DNA of 59,609 nucleotides from a virus (Duplodnaviria; Caudoviricetes). The translations under genes and the position numbers were made by a program. This document shows positions 9,218 through 17,189 of this stretch, piece by piece. The notes beneath the pieces are model-generated. The model was not told where the DNA came from and ran no database searches. It saw only the letters and a list, made by a program, of their open reading frames with translations. The stretch lies in the IMG/VR virus record IMGVR_UViG_3300046168_000017, positions 1 through 59,609 of that record. One strand, written 5' to 3'. Each line of letters starts with the position of its first letter. Position 1 is the first letter of the stretch.

Positions 9218-10774
9218 ATGTCAGACTTAATAGTCAAGAACCTTAACTTTGGTGACAAAGCTAGGGAAGAAGTATTTAAAGGTATAACAAAACTCACAAC
9301 TGCTGTTAGCTCCACACTTGGAGCTAGCGGTAAATGTGTGATGTTAGAAGATAATACTGGAAGACCAGTAATTACAAAAGATGGTGTAACAGTTGCAGAC
9401 TCAGTAATACTAAGAGATCCTGTTGAAAACATGGGTGCTACCTTATTAAAAGAAGCTGCTCGCAAAACAGTTAGAGAAGCAGGTGACGGTACAACTACAG
9501 CCACTGTTTTAGCTCATGCTATATTAAAGGAAGCTTATAAAGTATCAGATAAAACAAACTCTAGAGAGTTAAAAGACGGTATAAGTAAAGCTGTAGATAA
9601 AGTTGTAGAGTTTTTAAAAGCAAACTCAATAGATGTACAGGGAGATATGCTTAATCAAGTTGCTTCTATATCTACTAACAATGATAAATTTTTAGGCTCT
9701 ATTATTGCAGATGCTTTTAAAGCAGTAGATAACACTGGTGTAGTAATGATGGAAACCTCTGCAGATGGAAAAACAGAGTTTGAGGTAGTTGAAGGAGTAC
9801 AATATGATAAAGGTATTACAAATTCTCATTTTATAACTAACAAACAAAGCAATTCAGCTGAACTAGAAAATCCACTAGTATTGCTAATTGAATCTCCTGT
9901 AGAAACAATTAGGCAAATTCAATCAGTGCTAGAGTACGTAATAAAAAACAACAAACCTTTGCTTATTATAGGCGATTTAGAACAAGGTGTTTTATCAGCT
10001 CTAGCAATGAATAAAATGAAAGGTAATATAAAGGTTAATGTTATTAACGCTCCTACTTACGGAATAAACAAAAAGCAAATGCTTGATGATTTGTGCTTAT
10101 TAACAGGAGCTACTATAATAAACGAAGATCTTGGTGATGATATGGATTTAATCCAAGTTGAACACTTAGGTACATGTTTAAAAAGTATTACAACTCACGA
10201 TAGCACAATAATTCAAGTGGCTCAAGCTTCGCAAGAAATAAAAGCCATAATAGAAGATATAAAAGAAAAACTATTAAAAGAGAAAAACTCTAACAAAGTA
10301 ATTAGGTTAGAAAAAAGATTAGCTATGTTAGCTGCTAGAATTGCTATAGTAAAAGTAGGCGCTAACTCTGAAATTGAATTAAAAGAAAAAATGGATAGGG
10401 TTGAAGACGCTATTTGTGCTACAAAAGCTGCGGTTAAAGAAGGTATAGTATCGGGTGGAGGTATTGCTCTGCTTAATGCCTCTAATAATATCAAATCAAA
10501 TAATATTGGTGAAGATGTGCTGCTAAAAGCAATACAAGCTCCTTTTAAAACAATATTAGAAAACGCAGGTATAGAAACATTTGACCAAAACGCTAAAAAT
10601 GGTTTTGGTTTAGATGTAGTTACAGGAAATATGGTAAACATGATTGATTCAGGTATTATAGATCCTCTACTTGTTACTAAAAGCGCTTTAACAAATGCAG
10701 CTTCTGTGGCTACTACTATATTGTCAACTGATTGTGTAATAAATAATCTTAGAATTGATGAAGGCAATAGGTAG
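9218..10774 (+). CDS. groEL: Phage-encoded chaperonin GroEL
   Basis: TKDGVTVA, GDGTTTATVLA, GGGIAL and GIIDP motifs; 518 aa; no C-terminal GGM tail. Confidence 0.97.
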   Translation: MSDLIVKNLNFGDKAREEVFKGITKLTTAVSSTLGASGKCVMLEDNTGRPVITKDGVTVADSVILRDPVENMGATLLKEAARKTVREAGDGTTTATVLAHAILKEAYKVSDKTNSRELKDGISKAVDKVVEFLKANSIDVQGDMLNQVASISTNNDKFLGSIIADAFKAVDNTGVVMMETSADGKTEFEVVEGVQYDKGITNSHFITNKQSNSAELENPLVLLIESPVETIRQIQSVLEYVIKNNKPLLIIGDLEQGVLSALAMNKMKGNIKVNVINAPTYGINKKQMLDDLCLLTGATIINEDLGDDMDLIQVEHLGTCLKSITTHDSTIIQVAQASQEIKAIIEDIKEKLLKEKNSNKVIRLEKRLAMLAARIAIVKVGANSEIELKEKMDRVEDAICATKAAVKEGIVSGGGIALLNASNNIKSNNIGEDVLLKAIQAPFKTILENAGIETFDQNAKNGFGLDVVTGNMVNMIDSGIIDPLLVTKSALTNAASVATTILSTDCVINNLRIDEGNR

Positions 10775-11018
10775 GAATTTAATAATAAAGAAAACAAAAG
10801 AAGGTACCACTAAAACTAAAGGTGGTTTGCTTCTTGCTGAAAATCAAAGGGAAGATATAAGATACGTAGAGGCAACTGTTATATCAGTTGGAACAGAAGT
10901 GTTAGGTGTTAATGAAAAAGACATTATATTTTACGATAGACACGCTGGTCATAAAATAGAGATAGATAAACAGTCTTATAATGTTATAAAAGCTCAAGAT
11001 GTAGTAGTTGTGACATGA
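10755..11018 (+). CDS. groES: Co-chaperonin GroES
   Basis: TKGGLLL mobile loop, ATVISVG, final DVVVV strand; overlaps the groEL 3' end; the start may be 10758. Confidence 0.92.
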   Translation: MMKAIGRNLIIKKTKEGTTKTKGGLLLAENQREDIRYVEATVISVGTEVLGVNEKDIIFYDRHAGHKIEIDKQSYNVIKAQDVVVVT

Positions 11019-11461
11019 GATCGTTAACAGCTAGTGACATTAAAGAGTTAAACTTACTTAAGCATTATAGAATAATTAGAAAATGGGCTTGTAAGAATAA
11101 TAATTTAAACGACGCTGATTTAGAGTTATTAATTTATTTAGATTCTATTGGTTTATTTAACATTAAAGATTTTAAGCAAGGTACGTATTCTTATAGTTGG
11201 GATACTCGAAGATGGAGTAGACTTGTTGACGAAGACTGGATAGTTATTTGGAGAAAAAGAAACAGAACAACACAGAAACATAACATGTATCAAGTCTCTT
11301 TTAAATGCAAACAACTTATACATAGAATATATAGAATAATGCTAGGCGAAGAAGATTTGCCTATAAGCAAAAGAAGAAATAAATTAATAGCTGGAAAAAG
11401 TTACACTGATAAGGTTTTAACTAAAGCCATTTACAGTGTAAATAAAGATAAAAAAAGATGA
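11015..11461 (+). CDS. Hypothetical protein, possible winged-helix DNA-binding protein
   Basis: 148 aa, basic; LNDADLELLIYL...WSRLVDEDWI...YQVSFK pattern is MarR/wHTH-like; ATGA-coupled to groES. Confidence 0.5.
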   Translation: MRSLTASDIKELNLLKHYRIIRKWACKNNNLNDADLELLIYLDSIGLFNIKDFKQGTYSYSWDTRRWSRLVDEDWIVIWRKRNRTTQKHNMYQVSFKCKQLIHRIYRIMLGEEDLPISKRRNKLIAGKSYTDKVLTKAIYSVNKDKKR

Positions 11462-11916
11462 GTATAGAACAAGTATTAGGTGGAGCTTTAGGTCCTGAGG
11501 TTATAGAAAGATTAAGGCTTAGAAAAGCGGGTAAAAGCCAAAGAAATGCTTTAGTCAAACGAAATCGTGAAAATAACGCTGGCACTTTTGGTTATGCACA
11601 GGTAGCGAGACCTGGTCAAATTAAAAAATTACCAGGAGATATGACTATTAATCAAAACATGCAACAGCAGCCAACAAATACTGTAGATAATACTATTCAA
11701 CCAGAAACTGCTTATGATCCACTTACTCAATATAATCCAGCTGATTTAGATCCAACTGGTGGAGCGGCTTTAGTTCCACCATCAAATGAAGCGGCTAATT
11801 TAGCAGATCCTGCTACAAGAAGCTTTGGTGTAGCTGGCGCTGCAAATGATATGTTTGGAACACCTTTTCAAAGACAAAGATCTGTAAGTAAGAAATATTG
11901 CAAAAAAAATAAATAA
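11458..11916 (+). CDS. Hypothetical low-complexity protein
   Basis: 152 aa, coupled to the upstream gene; Q/P/N-rich; GTPFQR near the C-terminus. Confidence 0.65.
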   Translation: MSIEQVLGGALGPEVIERLRLRKAGKSQRNALVKRNRENNAGTFGYAQVARPGQIKKLPGDMTINQNMQQQPTNTVDNTIQPETAYDPLTQYNPADLDPTGGAALVPPSNEAANLADPATRSFGVAGAANDMFGTPFQRQRSVSKKYCKKNK

Positions 11917-11923
11917 ATAAACT

Positions 11924-12136
11924 ATGAATCACGATATTGATAAAATTAAAAAAAATCCTAAACTAGAAGGACAAATAGGTGAAAACGCTATATGGGACGG
12001 ACCATTAGATAAGGCTGGTTTTCCTATGGGCGAAGGATCTAGCTCTGGAATTACAGGTATGCAAGTATCTAAATATCCCACAGCTTATTCAGCTGGACCT
12101 ATAACATCTAAGAGTTCTTTATATTCTAAAAAATAA
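11924..12136 (+). CDS. Small hypothetical protein
   Basis: 70 aa in a tightly packed operon; GPL and GPI motifs. Confidence 0.7.
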   Translation: MNHDIDKIKKNPKLEGQIGENAIWDGPLDKAGFPMGEGSSSGITGMQVSKYPTAYSAGPITSKSSLYSKK

Positions 12137-12336
12137 TGTACACATCTCCACTATTTAAAGATTTCCCTGAAATAAAGGAAAAGAACAAAGGAAAGTTTAC
12201 AGCTTGGGCTAAGAAAAACGGGTTTAAAGACGCGTGCTCTGCGGCTACAGCTGTTATGGCGAAAAAAGATAAATACAGCGATGAAGTAGTCAAGATGGCT
12301 AACTACGCAAATAACTTCGGTTGTAAAAAAAAATAA
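12136..12336 (+). CDS. Small basic SP-motif protein (2 Cys)
   Basis: MYTSPLFK..., 66 aa, Lys-rich; TAATG overlap with the upstream stop. Confidence 0.75.
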   Translation: MYTSPLFKDFPEIKEKNKGKFTAWAKKNGFKDACSAATAVMAKKDKYSDEVVKMANYANNFGCKKK

Positions 12337-12585
12337 ATGAAAAGTAATTCACCATTTAAACAAGATAAATGCGCAGCTGCTTGGGCAAAGAAAAAAGAAA
12401 GCTATATGTCAAGAAAGTCTAAAACTAGTTTAGACACGTCTAAGAAAAACAAAGCTGGAGGTTATGATAAAAAAGAAATTCCAATAAGCGAAAAAGAAAA
12501 TCTAGCTGAATACAATAGAGAAAAAGGAGAATTTGAATGTGTTAACGGAAAAATTGTTCTTAAAAAAACTGGTGACGATCAATAA
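12337..12585 (+). CDS. Small basic SP-motif protein (2 Cys)
   Basis: MKSNSPFKQ..., 82 aa; abuts the upstream stop. Confidence 0.75.
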   Translation: MKSNSPFKQDKCAAAWAKKKESYMSRKSKTSLDTSKKNKAGGYDKKEIPISEKENLAEYNREKGEFECVNGKIVLKKTGDDQ

Positions 12586-12600
12586 TAAATATAATACAAT

Positions 12601-12801
12601 ATGGCATTTTATATAAATAGTCCTTTTCACATGGAAGATAAACAATGTGAGTCATGGAGAAAACAAGCAGCTAAACTTGACAAGGAAGTAAAAGCCTTAA
12701 GAGCTGAAAGCAAAAAAACAGGCAAAGTAACAAACTGGGATGCTAAAGCAGATGAATTGTCTAGAGTAAGAGAAAGAATAGCAGAAAAATGTAAAAAATA
12801 A
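12601..12801 (+). CDS. Small SP-motif helical-hairpin protein (2 Cys)
   Basis: MAFYINSPFHM..., 66 aa; Cys at both ends of a predicted coiled hairpin. Confidence 0.75.
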   Translation: MAFYINSPFHMEDKQCESWRKQAAKLDKEVKALRAESKKTGKVTNWDAKADELSRVRERIAEKCKK

Positions 12802-12806
12802 TATAT

Positions 12807-13061
12807 ATGAAATTTTCATCACCATTTATGGCAAAAAGTCCACTTAATCAAGAGTTTGGAGAAAAAGAACCTTCTGTTGTTGAGACAGATGCTAGCAAAG
12901 AAAAAAGAGAATTATCTCAAAAAACAAAAGACTCTTTACAGCAAAAAGCTTGTAAAAGAGATAAACCTTTTTATAGTAAAAAACACGGAAAATACGTTGA
13001 ATGCGAAGATGGCGTATTAACAAATACACCAAAAAACACATCAACATACGAAAAAATATAA
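12807..13061 (+). CDS. Small SP-motif protein (2 Cys)
   Basis: MKFSSPFMAKSPLNQ..., 84 aa. Confidence 0.75.
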   Translation: MKFSSPFMAKSPLNQEFGEKEPSVVETDASKEKRELSQKTKDSLQQKACKRDKPFYSKKHGKYVECEDGVLTNTPKNTSTYEKI

Positions 13062-13063
13062 CT

Positions 13064-13897
13064 ATGAGTTCACCATTTCAAAGAGCCTTTGCGGCTAAAT
13101 CACCACTACCAAATCATGGTAAGATACAAAAAAAACTAGACAAGCTTAATAAAAAATATGGTGACACTGATTTTTATGAAAGAGAAGATGTTCAAAATTT
13201 AATTAAGAAAAAAACAGCTGCTAAAGAAGCTCACAAGTCTGATAAAAAAACTTTACCTATTGATGATAAAAATAGTTACGACTATGACTATGATCAAAAT
13301 GAAGATATAACTACTGCTAAAAAAGCGCCATTAAAAAAAAACTATAGCCCTTTAGATCAAGGTGGTTATGTAGGAGGTGGTATGAGTAGAAGTGATTACG
13401 CACCAACTGCTGATCTTTATCAAAACATGTTTAATAAAGTAGAGTCTGCAACTAAAGACTTTATGGACGGTCAAGCTGATGTTGAAGCAAGAGCTGAGTC
13501 TGGAGAGGCTAGAGCAATGAGGAGAGATAGGAAATTTAAAAAAAAAGGCGCGTCAATGAGTAAAAAAAGGCAAGCTAGTTTCAATGAAAAAACTGATGAA
13601 GTTATTGAAAGAGCTGCTGATTTTAGAGAATTAGCTAACGCTAAACAACAGAGAGCTACAGACGCGGCTAATGCTACAAATTCAACAAAGACTACAACAA
13701 CACCGGCAACACCAACAACACCACCATCCTCAAATCCACCAAACTCACCGCAAAAACCTGCTACAAATAACGCATGGGCTAATCTTTTTAATATTGTTCA
13801 AGGATATGCGGATGAAACACAACAAGCGGCAATTAAAAATTTCAATAAAGCAATAAACCCAAATATAAACAATCAAATACAGGAAAAAAATAGCTAA
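13064..13897 (+). CDS. SP-motif protein with several motif copies
   Basis: Start reassigned to ATG 13064 (MSSPFQRAFAAKSPLPNH); internal KAPLKK and YSPLDQ; P/T-rich linker. Confidence 0.75.
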   Translation: MSSPFQRAFAAKSPLPNHGKIQKKLDKLNKKYGDTDFYEREDVQNLIKKKTAAKEAHKSDKKTLPIDDKNSYDYDYDQNEDITTAKKAPLKKNYSPLDQGGYVGGGMSRSDYAPTADLYQNMFNKVESATKDFMDGQADVEARAESGEARAMRRDRKFKKKGASMSKKRQASFNEKTDEVIERAADFRELANAKQQRATDAANATNSTKTTTTPATPTTPPSSNPPNSPQKPATNNAWANLFNIVQGYADETQQAAIKNFNKAINPNINNQIQEKNS

Positions 13898-14334
13898 TGG
13901 GACACAAAGGACATTACGGAGAATACACTGGTAACGCTAAATGGTCAAAAGATCATGCACACACAAAGGTTACCAAAGGAAATTATAAAGCATCTGAAAG
14001 AGATGATGCTGCTCATATCGACTATTTAAAACGTGATGTTCTTTACGATGATCATCATGGGCATAGCGATGAGAAAATGACTGCTGATGAAAAGCATATA
14101 TCTAAATTAGCGGGTGATATGAAATATGATAAAAAACATCATGGTTCGCCAGCTCATATAAAAGGAAGTCAAAAAGATCACGAGTATAGTAATAAAGAAT
14201 TTGAAGAACACGAGGCTAGAGTTGGTACCGATGATCACTCGCCAGTTAAGCATAGTACCTTCGATGATCCTCACAAGCACGTAGCTGGTGGTACGTATAG
14301 AAAAGTAAATGATAAAAAACCAAAAAAAAAATAA
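13897..14334 (+). CDS. His-rich protein with internal repeat and SP motifs
   Basis: 145 aa, 18 His; D..HI..L..D..YD..H(H)G twice; GSPAH and HSPVKH. Confidence 0.75.
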   Translation: MGHKGHYGEYTGNAKWSKDHAHTKVTKGNYKASERDDAAHIDYLKRDVLYDDHHGHSDEKMTADEKHISKLAGDMKYDKKHHGSPAHIKGSQKDHEYSNKEFEEHEARVGTDDHSPVKHSTFDDPHKHVAGGTYRKVNDKKPKKK

Positions 14335-14355
14335 AAAACTTATAAATAACTAATC

Positions 14356-14604
14356 ATGGAATATAAATCAATGGCAAAAATGGGACACAGTCCTAACGAA
14401 ATGGAATCAGTTAAACAAGAGAAAAAAGATCTAATGAACGATAATCCAGTAGCTAGAGACGCTAGCGGAGGAAGACCAATGATATTGAAACACATGGGTG
14501 GATCAAAAATTGGTGGATCACCTTTAAAAAAGCATGATGGCAAAAAATTTGAAGATGAAGGATTTATGGATTCTCATTTTAAATCAGGAAAGCCAAGAAA
14601 ATAA
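14356..14604 (+). CDS. Small SP-motif protein
   Basis: 82 aa; GHSPNEM and GGSPLKKH. Confidence 0.7.
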   Translation: MEYKSMAKMGHSPNEMESVKQEKKDLMNDNPVARDASGGRPMILKHMGGSKIGGSPLKKHDGKKFEDEGFMDSHFKSGKPRK

Positions 14605-14667
14605 CAGTAGGGAACTGTAAAACCCAAGTCAAACAATAACAACAACAAAAACAAACACAACAACAAA
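14604..14667 (+). promoter_or_regulatory. Putative mini pseudoknot (copy 2) followed by a G-free CAA-rich leader
   Basis: ACAGT-AGGGA-ACTGT-AAAA-CCC-AAGTCAAA, then AACAATAACAACAACAAAAACAAACACAACAACAAA before ATG 14668. Confidence 0.5.
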
Positions 14668-15126
14668 ATGGCAAAATTTGTAAAATTTAAAATTAACAAT
14701 GCTACCGCTCCTGGAGCTGGTGGTAATTGGGGTGGAAGAGACGTTTTAATAGGCGTTGATGACATTGAAAACGTATCTGATGTAGTATCAGGAGCAGGAG
14801 CTTACTCTGTAGTCGTTACATTAAAAAACTTTGTAGGATTAACTGCTGCCGCTGCTCAGGTTAGTGATGTAGGTCAAACAGCAGGAACAATAGGAGGAAG
14901 AATACTTACTTTAACTGTATCTACCTCTGTAAGCGCTGCTGTTAACCCAACTGCGGTTACTGTAGATGGTAACATGCCTTCTCAGTCTATTGTTAGAGCT
15001 ATGACAGCTAACCCAGGTGGGATTGCTGCTTCTGCTCAACTAGGATTAGATGGTGGTGGAGTAAGAGCTACTGACGATCAAATGTTTTGGTCAGGCGCTG
15101 TATTCAGCTCTGTTGACGATATATAA
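14668..15126 (+). CDS. Probable virion protein (capsid decoration/fibre-like)
   Basis: 152 aa, A/G/V/T-rich and beta-like; codon usage resembles the MCP gene; strong-looking leader. Confidence 0.55.
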   Translation: MAKFVKFKINNATAPGAGGNWGGRDVLIGVDDIENVSDVVSGAGAYSVVVTLKNFVGLTAAAAQVSDVGQTAGTIGGRILTLTVSTSVSAAVNPTAVTVDGNMPSQSIVRAMTANPGGIAASAQLGLDGGGVRATDDQMFWSGAVFSSVDDI

Positions 15127-15134
15127 ACTAACTT

Positions 15135-15293
15135 ATGAAATCTAGAGGTTTAGGTGACGACATAGAGAAGTTTACAAAAGCTTCTGGTATCAAAAAATTA
15201 GTTGATAATGTATCAAAAGGTTTAAACATTCCCTGCGGCTGCTCAAGTCGTAGGGATGCTTTAAACAAAATGCTTCCATACAAAAATAGATAA
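15135..15293 (+). CDS. Small GLGD...CGC protein (not in the ORF track)
   Basis: Read by hand: MKSRGLGDDIEKFTKASGIKKLVDNVSKGLNIPCGCSSRRDALNKMLPYKNR (52 aa); fills the gap exactly. Confidence 0.75.
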   Translation: MKSRGLGDDIEKFTKASGIKKLVDNVSKGLNIPCGCSSRRDALNKMLPYKNR

Positions 15294-15294
15294 T

Positions 15295-15603
15295 ATGGCT
15301 TTTAAATTAACAAACCCTCCTTACAAAACACATCAAACTCCAGTTTATCACGTTGATATGGAAGATGATGTAATGGGTAAAGCTAATAATAATGGAACAA
15401 TAATTATAAATAAAAACGTTGATCCTAAGGATATACCTTCTGTTATTGCTCATGAGGAAGTTCATATAGATCAAATGAAACGTGGTGATTTAGATTACGA
15501 CGATGAAAACGTTTATTGGAAAGGTAAGAAATATTCACGAGCTGCTATGGAAGAAGGTGCTAAAAACCTACCATGGGAAGCTGAAGCGTATAAAAACGCA
15601 TAA
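15295..15603 (+). CDS. Minimal zincin-type metallopeptidase
   Basis: IAHEEVHIDQ (HExxH), upstream GTIIIN strand, downstream LPWEAEAY (third ligand Glu). Confidence 0.75.
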   Translation: MAFKLTNPPYKTHQTPVYHVDMEDDVMGKANNNGTIIINKNVDPKDIPSVIAHEEVHIDQMKRGDLDYDDENVYWKGKKYSRAAMEEGAKNLPWEAEAYKNA

Positions 15604-15806
15604 TGAATTTTTCAGAAAAAGGTTATCTAAGTGATAGTCCTGATGTAGATAAACATCAAAATATAATACAAGGTAATAAAATAACAATGAAAGGTGTTGA
15701 ATTTAAAGTTCTAGGAACAGACGATAGAGGATATACTAAGATAATGTATCCAGGATATGACTACACGTTTCCAGGGGCTAAATACGTAATAGAAACAAAA
15801 ATTTAA
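15603..15806 (+). CDS. Small conserved-looking phage protein
   Basis: 67 aa; ITMKGV..KVLG.D..G....MYPG.DY.FPG; TAATG coupling. Confidence 0.7.
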   Translation: MNFSEKGYLSDSPDVDKHQNIIQGNKITMKGVEFKVLGTDDRGYTKIMYPGYDYTFPGAKYVIETKI

Positions 15807-15816
15807 AATAAAAAAA

Positions 15817-16176
15817 ATGAGTTCAGCATTTTATCAAAAGCATTCAGCAAAAAATCCAATAAAGCAATTACAACAAGCGTATGAAAATGCAGAAACTGGA
15901 GATCTTATAGACGAAAGTGTACATGAAAATACTACATACAAGTCTAATAACTTGAAAGATAAAATATCAGGGATGAAGTATAACGTTGAAAATATTAGTG
16001 AAATACAAGAAGATGACAAAGGTCAATTCATGACAACTCTAGATCAAGACGAGTCCTACGGTGGTCCAAGACCTACAAGTTCTACTGTTACAAATTACGA
16101 TCAAGGCAAAGATCAACCTAGAGATACGTTAAGACCTTACGCTGGAAAGTATTTTAAAAAACCAAGAAAAAGCTAG
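15817..16176 (+). CDS. Hypothetical protein with a degenerate SP-type leader
   Basis: MSSAFYQKHSAKNPIKQ parallels MSSPFQRAFAAKSPLPN of 13064. Confidence 0.7.
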   Translation: MSSAFYQKHSAKNPIKQLQQAYENAETGDLIDESVHENTTYKSNNLKDKISGMKYNVENISEIQEDDKGQFMTTLDQDESYGGPRPTSSTVTNYDQGKDQPRDTLRPYAGKYFKKPRKS

Positions 16177-16574
16177 TGAAAAAAATTTGGGAATGGTTAA
16201 GCGGTAACGTTATCAAAGATGTTGGTGAGGTTATTGACAATTTAACAACCACTGAAGAGGAAAAACTTCAAATCAAAAAAGACATACAAGTTATAGTTGA
16301 GAAAGCAGCTGCTACAGCTGAAGATCAAATAACAAAACGATGGGAAGCAGATATGACGTCTGACTCTTGGCTTAGTAAGAACACGCGTCCTATGGCACTT
16401 ATTTTCTTATCGTTTATGGCTATAGCTTTTATATGGGTGGATAGTCATCATGAAATATCTTTCACTGTAGAACAAGAGTGGATAGAATTATTAAAGCAAT
16501 TATTAACAACCGTATACGTAGCATACTTTGGCTCACGTGGTTTCGAAAAATATAAATCAATAAGTAATAAATAA
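16176..16574 (+). CDS. Holin-like membrane protein (GTA 3-TM holin type)
   Basis: RW..D..SDSWLSKN.RP motif followed by two hydrophobic helices and YFGSRG.EK; GTG start. Confidence 0.7.
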   Translation: MKKIWEWLSGNVIKDVGEVIDNLTTTEEEKLQIKKDIQVIVEKAAATAEDQITKRWEADMTSDSWLSKNTRPMALIFLSFMAIAFIWVDSHHEISFTVEQEWIELLKQLLTTVYVAYFGSRGFEKYKSISNK

Positions 16575-16577
16575 AAA

Positions 16578-16886
16578 ATGGGACAATACGCAAATCAACC
16601 TGACTTTATAACACATGACATAAAAGCTGTAACACCTATAGCTGTAGGCGCTTTAAAAGCTACAGATTCTTTAAATGGATCTGTATTATACATAGGAGGA
16701 AGTACAACGGGTCAAACCTTAGAAGTTATACCCGTAGGCGCTACTGGAAGTAATGGAAAAGGATTACCTGGTCAAGCTCAAGCTATCACATTTACAAATC
16801 CTCCTCAAGGAGAATGGTTTTCTGTAGTAGTTGATTATGTTTTATCAGGTAACACTAATGTCACTAACATTATAGCAGGTAAATAA
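16578..16886 (+). CDS. Small virion-type beta protein
   Basis: 102 aa; VLYIGG...F.N...G....V.VDYV...T..T.IIA pattern. Confidence 0.6.
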   Translation: MGQYANQPDFITHDIKAVTPIAVGALKATDSLNGSVLYIGGSTTGQTLEVIPVGATGSNGKGLPGQAQAITFTNPPQGEWFSVVVDYVLSGNTNVTNIIAGK

Positions 16887-16940
16887 CTAATATATAGGTG
16901 ACTATATAAATATATAATAACAATTAAATTAAATTAAATT

Positions 16941-17189
16941 ATGGCAAAAGCTAAGAAAATTAAAGAAGAACAATTAAAATTAGTTACAGCTCAGCAATCT
17001 AAATTGAGTGAACTACTAAGAAATCTTGGGGTTTTAGATTCTCAAAAAATGAACATACACACAAGCATTAAAGAACTTAGTGCTGAAATAGATTCTACTA
17101 AAAAAGAACTAGAAGAAGAGTATGGTTCAGTTAATATAAATCTAGAAGACGGATCTTATACTGATATAGAAAAAGAAGATGCCGAGTAA
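16941..17189 (+). CDS. Coiled-coil hypothetical protein
   Basis: 82 aa; heptad pattern ending LEEEYGSVNINLEDG; (AAATT)n leader. Confidence 0.75.
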   Translation: MAKAKKIKEEQLKLVTAQQSKLSELLRNLGVLDSQKMNIHTSIKELSAEIDSTKKELEEEYGSVNINLEDGSYTDIEKEDAE

